Under the pieces are notes generated by a model that saw nothing but the letters and a program-made list of their open reading frames with translations, did no database searches and was not told the DNA's origin. Positions 28,897 to 38,456 of a stretch of DNA of 64,000 nucleotides are shown piece after piece. Numbering within the stretch: the first letter of the stretch is position 1; each line of letters opens with the position of its first letter. This stretch comes from Bacillota bacterium (lineage in GTDB: Bacteria; Bacillota; Clostridia; Oscillospirales; Oscillospiraceae). The translations under genes and the position numbers were made by a program. The DNA lies in NCBI GenBank assembly GCA_022784505.1, contig JALFUQ010000056.1, positions 1,799 to 65,798 of the forward strand. The letters run 5' to 3'.

Positions 28897-30375
28897 ATGA
28901 CTAATCTTGATATTTATAAGGATATATCCAGACGGACAAACGGTTCGATCATGCTTGGGGTCGTCGGCCCTGTGCGCACGGGAAAGTCAACCTTTATAAA
29001 GCGCTTTATGGAGCTGCTCGTAATCCCGAACATTGAGGATGTTTATGCAAGAGAACGGGCAAAGGACGAACTGCCGCAAAGCGGCTCCGGCAAGACCATT
29101 ATGACCTCAGAGCCCAAGTTTGTTCCCGAGGAGGCCGTGGAGATAAGCCTCAGTGACGATGTACACTTTTCCGTCAGGCTCATAGACTGCGTGGGTTACA
29201 TGGTAAACGGTGCCGCAGGTCAGTTTGAGGACGGCAGCGAGAGAATGGTCACGACACCGTGGTTTGACCATGAGATAAGCATGACCGAAGCTGCAGAATC
29301 CGGCACCTATAAGGTCATAAATGAGCACTCAACGATAGGCTTGGTCATAACCACCGACGGCAGCATATGCGATATCCCGAGAGCGGACTATGTTGAGCCC
29401 GAGGAACGGGTCGTAAAAGAGTTAAAGCAGATAGGAAAGCCATTTGCCGTCCTTATAAACAGCAGATACCCTGCATCCGATGAAGCCGCCGCACTTCAAA
29501 ATGAGCTCAGCGAAAAGTACGGTGTGCCCTGCGTCTGCGTCAATTGCCAGCAACTGTCCGAGCACGAGCTTGCCGATATAATGAACACCGTCCTAGGACA
29601 GTTCCCGATATCAGAGGTCGCCATCTGGCTTCCGTCTTGGTTTGAGGCTCTTGACAGCGAGGCAGATCTCAAAACAAAGCTTTACCAGCAGCTTTCGGCA
29701 TCGTCTAAGGATCTAAGCTGCGTTCATGATATCTATTCCATGCTCGATGAGTTAAACGAGTCCGATATAGTTGAATCGGCAGATGTCAAAAACTCTGACA
29801 TGGGCAGCGGAACTATAAATGTCAGCATTGAGATACCCAGAGCACTGTATTATCGGCTTATAAGCGATGAAGCCGGGCTTGAAATAAAAGACGACGGCGA
29901 GCTTATAAAGCTTCTTCGTGAGATGAGCGCAATCAAGCGCGACTATGATCATATTAAATCAGCGCTCGACGATGTCAGAGAAAAGGGCTATGGAGTTGTC
30001 ATGCCATCTGCCGACGAGCTTGAGCTTGATGAGCCGCAGATCGTTAAGCAGGGCGGCAAATACACCGTGAAGCTCAAGGCAAAGGCGCCGGCGATACACA
30101 TGCTGAAAACCGGCATTGAGACAGAGGTCACGCCCTCTATAGGCGGCAACAATGCATCTGAGGAAATAATCAGTTTCCTGCTTCAGGGCTACGAGGGCGA
30201 CATGAGCAGACTCTGGGAATCCAATATTTTTGGCAGACCGCTTTATGATATCGCCGAAGAGGGGATAGCAGACAGATTAAACAATTTGCCGGTTAATGCA
30301 AGAGCAAAGCTTCAGGAGACCCTACAGCGCATCGTAAACGAGGGCAGGGGAACGCTGATTTGTATTTTGTTATAA
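28897..30375 (+). CDS. spoIVA: stage IV sporulation protein A
   Basis: IYKDISRRTNGSIMLGVVGPVRTGKSTFIKRFME is the hallmark SpoIVA N-terminus, and the length is 492 aa. Confidence 0.9.
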   Translation: MTNLDIYKDISRRTNGSIMLGVVGPVRTGKSTFIKRFMELLVIPNIEDVYARERAKDELPQSGSGKTIMTSEPKFVPEEAVEISLSDDVHFSVRLIDCVGYMVNGAAGQFEDGSERMVTTPWFDHEISMTEAAESGTYKVINEHSTIGLVITTDGSICDIPRADYVEPEERVVKELKQIGKPFAVLINSRYPASDEAAALQNELSEKYGVPCVCVNCQQLSEHELADIMNTVLGQFPISEVAIWLPSWFEALDSEADLKTKLYQQLSASSKDLSCVHDIYSMLDELNESDIVESADVKNSDMGSGTINVSIEIPRALYYRLISDEAGLEIKDDGELIKLLREMSAIKRDYDHIKSALDDVREKGYGVVMPSADELELDEPQIVKQGGKYTVKLKAKAPAIHMLKTGIETEVTPSIGGNNASEEIISFLLQGYEGDMSRLWESNIFGRPLYDIAEEGIADRLNNLPVNARAKLQETLQRIVNEGRGTLICILL

Positions 30376-30402
30376 AAAACGGGAAGCAATTCCCGTTTTT
30401 TT
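30374..30402 (+). terminator. rho-independent terminator after spoIVA
   Basis: AAAAAACGGGAA-loop-TTCCCGTTTTTTT. Confidence 0.75.
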
Positions 30403-30486
30403 GCGTGCAGATTTATTCATTTTAATAGTTGAAATGGTTAAAGGATAATAATATAATTAAGGCAAAATTTTTTGGAGATGAGATTT

Positions 30487-31674
30487 ATGAAACCGGTATC
30501 AAAAATTGCGGAAGCAGTTCGTGCATCAACGACCTTGGCCGTTGACAGCCTGGCAAAGCAGATGAAAGCCGACGGATACGATGTTGTCGGTTTTGGAACA
30601 GGCGAGCCTGACTTTCAAACTCCCGAAAATATCAACCTTGCCGGTATTGAAGCCATAAGGGCAGGCAAAACAAAATACACTCCGTCGGCCGGAATAATCC
30701 CGCTGCGTAAGGCCATAGCCGAGCAGCTTAAAAGTGAGGGGCTGGACTACGATTACACACAGATAGTCGTCGCAAGCGGCGCAAAGCACAGCCTTTTTAT
30801 CGCTCTGTCGGCGCTCACCGATCCCGGCGACGAGATAATCCTGCCCGCGCCGTATTGGGTCAGCTACTATGAGATGATCAAAATGACCGGCGGTGTGCCC
30901 GTTGTTGTCTCGGCAGGCGAGGATCAGAATTTCAAGATCACCGCTCAGCAGCTTGAGGCCGCAGTCACCAATAAAACCAAGTGCGTCATTTTCAACAACC
31001 CTTCAAACCCCACCGGCATGCTGTACAGCCGTGACGAGCTAAAGGCACTTGTTGATGTCTGCGTTAAGCATGACCTTTATATAATTGCCGATGAGATATA
31101 CTATAAGCTAGTTTATGACGGACTCGAGTTTACAAGCATCGCGAGCTTCGGTGATGATGTAAAGGAGCGCACGCTGCTTATAAACGGTGTTTCCAAGTCC
31201 TATGCAATGACCGGTTGGCGTGTCGGATACTGTGCATCAAACAAGCAGCTTGCAAAGATAATGTCCAATTACCTCAGCCATTCCACCGGCGCCCCCTCGA
31301 CAATCAGCCAGTGGGCAGCTGTTGAAGCCATCAGTGGCCCGCAGGACACGGTCGAGACCATGCGGCTTGAGTTTTTGAAGCGCAGAGATTATATCGTTGA
31401 TCGCATCAACGCCATACCCGGCGTGAGCTGTGTTAAGCCCGAAGGAGCATTTTACGTCATGATGAACATTGAAAAACTCATCGGGCGCACCCTCGGCAGC
31501 AAGCTCATTGAAAACGACGATGATTTTGCCGTAGCGCTGCTCGAGATGGCGCTGGTCGCTGTTGTACCTTGCTCGGGCTTCGGCGCAAAGAACTTTGTCC
31601 GCTGGTCGTATGCCGCATCCATGGAGAATATTGAAAAAGGCCTTAACCGCCTTGAAAAATTCATCAGCGAATGA
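30487..31674 (+). CDS. PLP-dependent aspartate/aromatic aminotransferase (class I)
   Basis: GEPDF, NPSNPTG and the SKSYAMTGWRVGY lysine motif. Confidence 0.8.
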   Translation: MKPVSKIAEAVRASTTLAVDSLAKQMKADGYDVVGFGTGEPDFQTPENINLAGIEAIRAGKTKYTPSAGIIPLRKAIAEQLKSEGLDYDYTQIVVASGAKHSLFIALSALTDPGDEIILPAPYWVSYYEMIKMTGGVPVVVSAGEDQNFKITAQQLEAAVTNKTKCVIFNNPSNPTGMLYSRDELKALVDVCVKHDLYIIADEIYYKLVYDGLEFTSIASFGDDVKERTLLINGVSKSYAMTGWRVGYCASNKQLAKIMSNYLSHSTGAPSTISQWAAVEAISGPQDTVETMRLEFLKRRDYIVDRINAIPGVSCVKPEGAFYVMMNIEKLIGRTLGSKLIENDDDFAVALLEMALVAVVPCSGFGAKNFVRWSYAASMENIEKGLNRLEKFISE

Positions 31675-31719
31675 TATAATGATCACCCCATCAACATAGC
31701 TTGTTAATGGGGTGATTTT

Positions 31720-32436
31720 GTGTTTGTGACCATTGATCTTAAAAGGCTTATCAAAATTGTCATAGTTGTTGTGCTCCTGATAGCCGCAATCATTTTTGTA
31801 AAGCTGTTTATCTCAAGCGGTGGGCTTAAGTCTGTTATCAGTCAGGACAATCGGTCAACGCTAGTTATCGACGCAGGCCACGGCGGCATTGATGGCGGCG
31901 CTATCTCGGATTCAGGGCTCAAAGAAAGCGATATAAACCTTGCCATAGCTCTGAAAACCGAGGCTTTGGCGCACTTTTTAGGCGTAGACACCGTCATGAC
32001 TCGCGAAACGGACACGGATAATTCTGAAAACAAAGCTTATAGTGAGCATGACAACCTCGTCGAACGGGCAAAGCTTGCAAATTCGACCGAAAATGCGGTT
32101 CTAATAAGCATTCATCAAAATAAGTTCCCAAGTGCAGTTGTCAGCGGCGCAGAAGTGATGTATTCTGATAATGACGACAGCAAGGCACTTGGGCTTCTCA
32201 CGCAGGGGAATCTTGTTGCACTGCTGGATTCTGCAAACAGGCGTGTTGCTCGCCCTGCCCCCAAGGAACTGCTGCTGACATCAACGGCAGAGTGCCCGAC
32301 GATACTTGTGGAGTGCGGTTTTATGTCCAATCCGCAGGAGGTACAAAAGCTTGCATCAAATGAGTATCAGCTTAAAATCGCAGTAATTTTGTCCGGTTCA
32401 TACATACAGTATTTAAATAACACGGCTTTGGCCTAG
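31720..32436 (+). CDS. cwlD: N-acetylmuramoyl-L-alanine amidase, CwlD-type (germination-specific)
   Basis: One TM followed by IDAGHGGIDGGA, ISIHQN and VECGFMSN motifs, with a GTG start. Confidence 0.7.
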   Translation: MFVTIDLKRLIKIVIVVVLLIAAIIFVKLFISSGGLKSVISQDNRSTLVIDAGHGGIDGGAISDSGLKESDINLAIALKTEALAHFLGVDTVMTRETDTDNSENKAYSEHDNLVERAKLANSTENAVLISIHQNKFPSAVVSGAEVMYSDNDDSKALGLLTQGNLVALLDSANRRVARPAPKELLLTSTAECPTILVECGFMSNPQEVQKLASNEYQLKIAVILSGSYIQYLNNTALA

Positions 32437-32444
32437 GAGAAGAT

Positions 32445-33800
32445 ATGAGACAAAAGACAGTTTTCTGCTGCTCGGAATGCGGCAATGAGACAGTTAAATG
32501 GAGCGGAAGATGCACTGCCTGCGGTGCGTGGGACAGCTTGGTCGAGGTGAAGCTCGACGCAAAAAGTAAGGGGACTGCCAAAAGAGCCACCTCAAAAAAG
32601 GCACCCAAGCTTATCTCTGAGCTCGACACTGAGGCAGAGCTTCGCTTTTCGACCGGAATAGGGGAATTTGACAGAGTGTTAGGCGGCGGCGCCGTAAAAG
32701 GTTCGCTGGTTTTGGTCGGCGGCGCTCCCGGAATCGGCAAATCAACCCTTCTTTTGCAGCTGTGTGGACTAGTCGAAGGTGAGCAGAAAATACTGTATGT
32801 CACCGGCGAGGAAAGCGAGCGTCAGCTCAAAATGCGCGCACAGCGCCTCGGTGTTGATAAGGGGCAGATCTATGTCCTCGCCGAAACTGGTTTGACTGAG
32901 GTTTTGGAGGCTGCTGATGAGCTTGAGCCGGATATAATGATAGTCGACTCCATTCAAACCATGTATGACCCCGAGGTCAGCTCTGCACCCGGCAGCGTAA
33001 GTCAGGTCAGAGAGTGTACTATGTCGATAATGCGCATGACCAAGGAAAAGGGCTTCACGACCTTTGTCGTCGGTCATATCAATAAAGAGGGCAATATCGC
33101 AGGCCCCAAAGTGCTAGAGCACATGGTCGACTGTGTCCTGTATTTTGAAGGCGAACGCAGCACGTCGTTCAGAATTCTCAGAGCAGGCAAAAACCGCTTC
33201 GGCTCAACGAATGAGATAGGTGTGTTTGAAATGGTGGATACGGGATTAAAAGAGCTGCAAAATCCATCTGAAATACTGCTTTCCGGCAGGCCGGATAACG
33301 CCCCGGGCACCTGTGTTACCTGCGTTATTGAGGGCTCAAGACCCATACTCGCCGAAATTCAGGCTTTAGTTGCCCCTGCGACCTATAACGCAGGCCGCCG
33401 CAGCACAAACGGAATTGATTATAACAGAGCGACACTGCTCTTGGCCGTTCTCGAAAAGAGGGGAGGCATGGCAGTCTCCGGCTGTGATGCGTACATAAAT
33501 GTCATCGGTGGCCTTGAGCTTGACGAGCCGGCTGCGGATCTTGCAACAACGCTAGCCATAGCAAGCAGCTTCAGAGACCTGCCGCTTGGCAGAGATATGG
33601 CCGCAGTAGGCGAAGTTGGTCTTTCCGGGGAAATAAGAAGCGTTAACTCGCTGAATATGCGCCTGTCCGAAATTGCCCGCCTCGGCTTCAAGCGCTGCGT
33701 CATACCGGCACATATCAAGGATGATATCAAAAAGCCAGCCGGACTCGAAATTATATCTGTAAAGGATATAAGGGAAGCCATTAAGGCGACCTTAGGATGA
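32445..33800 (+). CDS. radA: DNA repair protein RadA
   Basis: Zinc ribbon CSECG..C.ACG, Walker A GAPGIGKST, the KNRFG motif and a Lon-like C-terminus. Confidence 0.9.
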   Translation: MRQKTVFCCSECGNETVKWSGRCTACGAWDSLVEVKLDAKSKGTAKRATSKKAPKLISELDTEAELRFSTGIGEFDRVLGGGAVKGSLVLVGGAPGIGKSTLLLQLCGLVEGEQKILYVTGEESERQLKMRAQRLGVDKGQIYVLAETGLTEVLEAADELEPDIMIVDSIQTMYDPEVSSAPGSVSQVRECTMSIMRMTKEKGFTTFVVGHINKEGNIAGPKVLEHMVDCVLYFEGERSTSFRILRAGKNRFGSTNEIGVFEMVDTGLKELQNPSEILLSGRPDNAPGTCVTCVIEGSRPILAEIQALVAPATYNAGRRSTNGIDYNRATLLLAVLEKRGGMAVSGCDAYINVIGGLELDEPAADLATTLAIASSFRDLPLGRDMAAVGEVGLSGEIRSVNSLNMRLSEIARLGFKRCVIPAHIKDDIKKPAGLEIISVKDIREAIKATLG

Positions 33801-33801
33801 T

Positions 33802-34542
33802 ATGTTCAAATTGATCGAAACGCCGCACCTTCCAAAATCAAAGGTGCGGCACATAATAATCGGCGAAAAGTACAGAGATTTGCTTGAAAACGCACTAACA
33901 GTGCACAATTTTGAGCCAATTTGGCTCAAAAGCAATCCCCATGTCGACGAAAGGCTATCCGGACATGCAGATCTATCTGCTGCTCATATAGGCAAAAGCA
34001 TAATTATAAGTGAATACTTGAAGCCTTGTGAACAGATTCGCAACCTAATTAGCATTGAGTATACACCTAACCCTAAGCAGGCTATTTATCCGTACGATGC
34101 CGGTCTAAATTTTTGCATCATAGGAGACAAACTGTTTTTCAATCCCAAAACGTCAAATGCGGCAGCAGTAAAAAGCGGCTGTAAGCATTTGATTGCAGTC
34201 AGGCAGGGCTATACCAAATGCTCAATATGTGTCGTAGATGAAAATTCGATCATTACCTCGGATAAACATATAGCCGAAAAAGCGGGGACCATTGGAATGG
34301 ATGCATTGTATCTGCCTGATCCATTCATTAAATTGGATGGCTTTGATCATGGCTTCATCGGCGGCGCATCATTTAAAATCAGCGAAAGCGAATTAGCATT
34401 CACAGGCACTATAGAAGATACAAATATAAAAAATAAAATTGAAAGCTTCTTGAGTGAAAGATGCATCAAACCGATATACTTGATTGATAAACCAATATTC
34501 GATATAGGAAGCGCGATCCCGCTAACAGAGTATATTACATGA
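33802..34542 (+). CDS. uncharacterised protein, possibly the DUF6873 GME-fold family
   Basis: The ATG lies 1 nt after the radA stop. The protein has SGHADL, a conserved-looking Cys (YTKCSICVVDE) and GFIGGA. The family name is recalled from memory and not verified. Confidence 0.4.
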   Translation: MFKLIETPHLPKSKVRHIIIGEKYRDLLENALTVHNFEPIWLKSNPHVDERLSGHADLSAAHIGKSIIISEYLKPCEQIRNLISIEYTPNPKQAIYPYDAGLNFCIIGDKLFFNPKTSNAAAVKSGCKHLIAVRQGYTKCSICVVDENSIITSDKHIAEKAGTIGMDALYLPDPFIKLDGFDHGFIGGASFKISESELAFTGTIEDTNIKNKIESFLSERCIKPIYLIDKPIFDIGSAIPLTEYIT

Positions 34543-34605
34543 AGCAGAGCAATTTTTACGATAACATATTCATAAACCTTGCTCTGATATGTTTTCAACT
34601 CCCCC

Positions 34606-34637
34606 AAATTAAACAAAATCTTTATTTTGTTTAATTT
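34606..34637. repeat. perfect 14-bp inverted repeat with 4-nt loop (AAATTAAACAAAAT CTTT ATTTTGTTTAATTT)
   Basis: Read directly. It is followed by TTT and by a GTCAAT-TT-GTCAAT direct repeat at 34641-34654. Confidence 0.9.
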
Positions 34638-34717
34638 TTAGTCAATTTGTCAATAGACAGAGTTATGCCTTCCCTGTTATACTTAGTGAAATGAATTAAT
34701 GCTGATTGGAGAAAATT

Positions 34718-35716
34718 ATGGACTACAGGACTGAAGCGCCGGACATCATTAAGGGGTTTTTGACTTATCATGAGACTATCAAGGGACACTCAAGAAAAAC
34801 GGTCGATGAATATTATCTTGACCTGCGTAACTTTTTCAGGTTTCTGAAAATCCAGCGCGGCATCGTCCCTCGCAACACAGAACTTGAAGATATCTCGATT
34901 TCCGATATAGATTTGGATTTTGTAAGATCAGTCACGGTCACGGAAGCCTATGAATATTTATCCTTCATGACTCGTGACAAGATCAAGAACCAGCGCAGCC
35001 GCGAAGCTGAATACGGCACTAAAGCCTCGACCCGTGCCCGCAAAGTCTCAACACTCAGAAGCTTTTATAAATATTTGACGGTCAAGGCCAAGCTCATCGA
35101 CACAAACCCGCTTCAAGACCTCGATGTACCAAAAATCCCGCACACACTTCCCCGCTACCTTACACTGCCAGAGGCTCAAGCCCTCCTCTCCTCTGTCGAC
35201 GGAAAGAATAAGGAGCGTGACTACTGCATTCTCTGCATTTTTCTTAACTGCGGTCTGCGAATATCGGAGATAGTCGGCCTTAATCTGTCCGATATCAGAG
35301 TCGACCATATTAGAGTGTTCGGCAAAGGTAGCAAAGAGCGCATCATTTATATAAATGACGCATGTGCCGAGGCTATCAATAATTACCTTGAGGTCAGGAA
35401 AAACATTGCCGCAATTGACAAAAATGCGCTGTTTCTGTCAAATAGACGCACTCGCATGAGCCGCGAGGCTGTGCACAGCATGGTAAAGATCTCGCTGAAA
35501 AAAGCCGGATTGGATGCGGACAAATACTCAGCGCACAAGCTGCGCCACACTGCGGCTACCTTGATGCTGCAAAACGGCGTTGATGTTAGGACGCTTCAAG
35601 AGCTTCTCGGTCATGATAACCTGAACACCACCCAAATATATACACATGTTGATAATTCGGAGCTACGGCTTGCCTCCGAGGCAAATCCGCTGAGCAGCTT
35701 TAAGCCGGAATCATAA
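34718..35716 (+). CDS. tyrosine recombinase, XerC-like
   Basis: TVDEYYLDLRNFFRFL, GLRISEIVGL, HKLRHTAATLM and LGHDNLNTTQIYTH motifs. ATG at 34718 lies 6 nt after GGAG. Confidence 0.7.
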   Translation: MDYRTEAPDIIKGFLTYHETIKGHSRKTVDEYYLDLRNFFRFLKIQRGIVPRNTELEDISISDIDLDFVRSVTVTEAYEYLSFMTRDKIKNQRSREAEYGTKASTRARKVSTLRSFYKYLTVKAKLIDTNPLQDLDVPKIPHTLPRYLTLPEAQALLSSVDGKNKERDYCILCIFLNCGLRISEIVGLNLSDIRVDHIRVFGKGSKERIIYINDACAEAINNYLEVRKNIAAIDKNALFLSNRRTRMSREAVHSMVKISLKKAGLDADKYSAHKLRHTAATLMLQNGVDVRTLQELLGHDNLNTTQIYTHVDNSELRLASEANPLSSFKPES

Positions 35717-35757
35717 AAATATGACTGCTATCTACTCGATAGCAGTCATATTTTTTA
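35716..35757. terminator. bidirectional terminator at the plus-to-minus strand convergence
   Basis: 17-bp perfect stem AAAATATGACTGCTATC / GATAGCAGTCATATTTT with a 5-nt loop. It is flanked by A- and T-runs and overlaps both stop codons. Confidence 0.8.
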
Positions 35758-37371
35758 CTGATTTATACGTGAGATGTTAAGTACTCCGAACATTCCAGCA
35801 GCGAAATCGAGCAGTGCAACAAACCAAAGCGTTGCATTGCCGGTCACGGCAAGAGCGATCAGCACAGCTTTTACGATCGCGCACAGCGCAATGTTCTGCA
35901 TTGATATTTTCCGAGCGCTTCTTGCGATGGATACCATCGACGGTAAGCCGAATATGCCGATATTGGACATGCGCAAATCCTCAGTGTCGGTCGGCTCCCC
36001 TACCCTTGCGTCGAGGTCAGCATCGGAGTGATAGCCGACATTTTCGGCGCTTACATACATCAGTGTGTCGTCCTGATCTAGGCTCTGGCGTATATTCTTT
36101 ACGACTAAAAGCTTCTTAGCAGTGTCGCAGCACGGGAAAAAGTCCGAGATATTGATGGATTTTGCAGTTTTTTCGCATATATCCATGCCGTCCTCGGCAA
36201 CGAGCATGCTTGTTACGCCCAGAGCCTTGAGGTCGGAAACGGTTTTTGCGGCATAGGGATTTATATTCTCATTAAAAACGATCGCGCCGGCATACCTGCC
36301 TGCGATAATCAGATACAGCACATTGCCCTTACGCACGCTGGCAGCATCAAGCGATATTCCCCTCGATTCGAGGAGCTTCAATGTACCGAGGAGCATTTGT
36401 CTGCCCTCTATCTTGACCTCCATGCCGTATCCGGGAATGTCGTTAAACTCCTGTATGTATTCCGGGCAAATTTCCCCGTTATACGCCCCTGCTATCGCAG
36501 CGGCAATGCGCTGCTCGGACTTAAAGGCGATGTATGCGCACGAGCGCAGGAAGCTTTCTTTGTCAAGCACAGGCGAGATCATTGCGGCAATTTTCGGCGC
36601 TCCGGCGGTTATTACATCCGACTTATCAAAAACTATCGTTTTAAGCTTAGTAGCTTTGTCAACGGTTTCCGGGGCGTCTATAATAATTCCAGCGGCAGCA
36701 GAGCGGCAAAGAGCGTATGCCGTGCACAGTGACAGCGAGGCAAATGCCGATGCGGGAATGATCGCGATCATAAGCATCGCTCCCCTTCTTATCGACATGA
36801 CATAGCTCATATCTGTTATCAGCGGCATGAGCACACTGAACAGGATGGCTGCGGCGATGACCGCCTTGACGGCAATGGTGTATGTAGGTTCAAGCTTTGC
36901 TCTTATAGCACTTATCGAACCATCACAACGATTGAGTATGCTGCGCTGCTTAGAAAAGCTTTCATCGCTGTTTTTCGGAAGATCACCTGTTGCCGCGCGC
37001 TTTGTGCGCTTTTCAGCATATTCATAGAACACTCTGCACGCCTGATAAACGACTACGAACACAGTTGCTTCTACATAGCAGCCCACAGCGAAGCTGGCTG
37101 CAGCAGCGATAAGTACGATACATGAATTGTTGAAAAAGTCCTTTCTCAAAATGGCATAAACCGCCGATATCGCTATATCGAAACCGCTTATCAGTATCGC
37201 CGCAATGAGCATTAACATCGAAGTGAGCTGTGCCACACTGATAGTGTACGCCAGAACAAGCAGGATAACGGTAATTGCGAGCCTGACAAGCGTAACGAAG
37301 TCCGGCATTATGGGCTTTATGCCCTTGCTGTATTCATGCTTATGCTCACATTGGTTCACAATAATCACCAT
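35755..37371 (-). CDS. P1B-type (heavy-metal) ATPase homologue with degenerate catalytic motifs and no actuator domain
   Basis: Clear P-type ATPase collinearity, but with FDKSDVIT in place of DKTGTLT and MLVAEDG in place of MLTGDN. AENVGYHSDADLDARVG replaces GDGINDAPAL..ADVGIAMG, and SLC replaces CPC. Only about 45 aa sit where the TGES actuator domain belongs. Confidence 0.6.
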   Translation of the reverse strand: MVIIVNQCEHKHEYSKGIKPIMPDFVTLVRLAITVILLVLAYTISVAQLTSMLMLIAAILISGFDIAISAVYAILRKDFFNNSCIVLIAAAASFAVGCYVEATVFVVVYQACRVFYEYAEKRTKRAATGDLPKNSDESFSKQRSILNRCDGSISAIRAKLEPTYTIAVKAVIAAAILFSVLMPLITDMSYVMSIRRGAMLMIAIIPASAFASLSLCTAYALCRSAAAGIIIDAPETVDKATKLKTIVFDKSDVITAGAPKIAAMISPVLDKESFLRSCAYIAFKSEQRIAAAIAGAYNGEICPEYIQEFNDIPGYGMEVKIEGRQMLLGTLKLLESRGISLDAASVRKGNVLYLIIAGRYAGAIVFNENINPYAAKTVSDLKALGVTSMLVAEDGMDICEKTAKSINISDFFPCCDTAKKLLVVKNIRQSLDQDDTLMYVSAENVGYHSDADLDARVGEPTDTEDLRMSNIGIFGLPSMVSIARSARKISMQNIALCAIVKAVLIALAVTGNATLWFVALLDFAAGMFGVLNISRINQ

Positions 37372-37397
37372 CCCTGTTTTTTATCAATTAGTTTCAC

Positions 37398-38333
37398 TCA
37401 AGCCTTACCGTCGCAGCCGAGAACATCGAGTATCTTATGCGCGACCATATCCTTAATGGCTGCTCTTGCCGGCTTAAGATACTGCCTGGGGTCAAAGTGG
37501 TCGGGATGCTCGTTGAGGTACTGACGAATGGAGGCCGTCATTGCAAGGCGAAGATCGGAGTCAATGTTTATCTTGCAAACTGCCATGGATGCTGCCTTGC
37601 GCAGCTGATCCTCGGGAACGCCGATAGCACCGGGCATATTGCCGCCATTTTCATTGATGATCCTTACAAATTCCTGCGGAACGGAGGAAGCGCCATGTAG
37701 GACTATCGGAAAGTTGGGCAGGCGCTTTGCAACATCCTCAAGAATGTCAAAGCGGAGTTTGGGGTCAGTGCCGGGCTTAAACTTATAAGCGCCATGCGAG
37801 GTGCCGATGGCAATTGCAAGTGAGTCGCAGCCGGTGCGCTCAACAAATTCCTGAACATCCTCGGGTCTTGTGTATGACGAGTCCTCGGCGCTGACCTTGA
37901 CTTCATCCTCTATTCCGGCGAGCGTTCCGAGCTCGGCCTCGACAACGACACCATGGTCATGCGCGTACTCAACGACCTTCTTTGTAAGCTCGATATTCTC
38001 CTCAAAGGGCTTTGAGGACGCGTCTATCATAACCGAGGTAAATCCTCCGTCGATGCAGGACTTGCAGATATCAAAGCTGTCACCATGATCAAGATGCAAG
38101 GCTATCGGCAGGCCGGTCTCGATAACGGCAGCCTCGACAAGCTTCATAAGATAGGTGTGATTTGCATAAGCACGTGCGCCCTTGGATACCTGAAGAATCA
38201 GCGGAGCTTTAAGCTCAGCGGCAGCTTCGGTAATGCCCTGGACGATCTCCATATTGTTAACATTAAATGCACCGATGGCATAACCACCGTTGTAGGCCTT
38301 TTCAAACATTTCCTTTGTTGTTACGAGTGGCAT
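37398..38333 (-). CDS. fba: class II fructose-1,6-bisphosphate aldolase
   Basis: MPLVTTKEM..GYAIGAFN, LHLDHG, and GTSHGAYK motifs. ATG at 38333 lies 10 nt after AGGAGG. Confidence 0.9.
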   Translation of the reverse strand: MPLVTTKEMFEKAYNGGYAIGAFNVNNMEIVQGITEAAAELKAPLILQVSKGARAYANHTYLMKLVEAAVIETGLPIALHLDHGDSFDICKSCIDGGFTSVMIDASSKPFEENIELTKKVVEYAHDHGVVVEAELGTLAGIEDEVKVSAEDSSYTRPEDVQEFVERTGCDSLAIAIGTSHGAYKFKPGTDPKLRFDILEDVAKRLPNFPIVLHGASSVPQEFVRIINENGGNMPGAIGVPEDQLRKAASMAVCKINIDSDLRLAMTASIRQYLNEHPDHFDPRQYLKPARAAIKDMVAHKILDVLGCDGKA

Positions 38334-38396
38334 AGTCGAAAATCCTCCTGACAAAAAATTAATTAGTTAATTTGCATAAAAAATTTGATTTTTTTA

Positions 38397-38428
38397 TTTA
38401 TTATAAACCAATTTCATGTTATAATCAA
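38397..38428. promoter_or_regulatory. overlapping divergent promoters of fba and the PPi-PFK gene
   Basis: Minus strand has TTGATT-N17-TATAAT (38428 down to 38400). Plus strand has TTTATT-N17 with an extended -10 TGTTATAAT (38397-38425). Confidence 0.4.
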
Positions 38429-38456
38429 TAATCATTAACGATGTGGAGGCATTATT

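Noticed and set aside
34718-35716. Second tyrosine recombinase as a marker of an integrated mobile element or phage.
   Set aside because: I could not see flanking direct repeats, excisionase, phage, conjugation or cargo genes. The neighbours are core genes (radA, fba). The motifs and size fit a chromosomal XerC-type paralogue.
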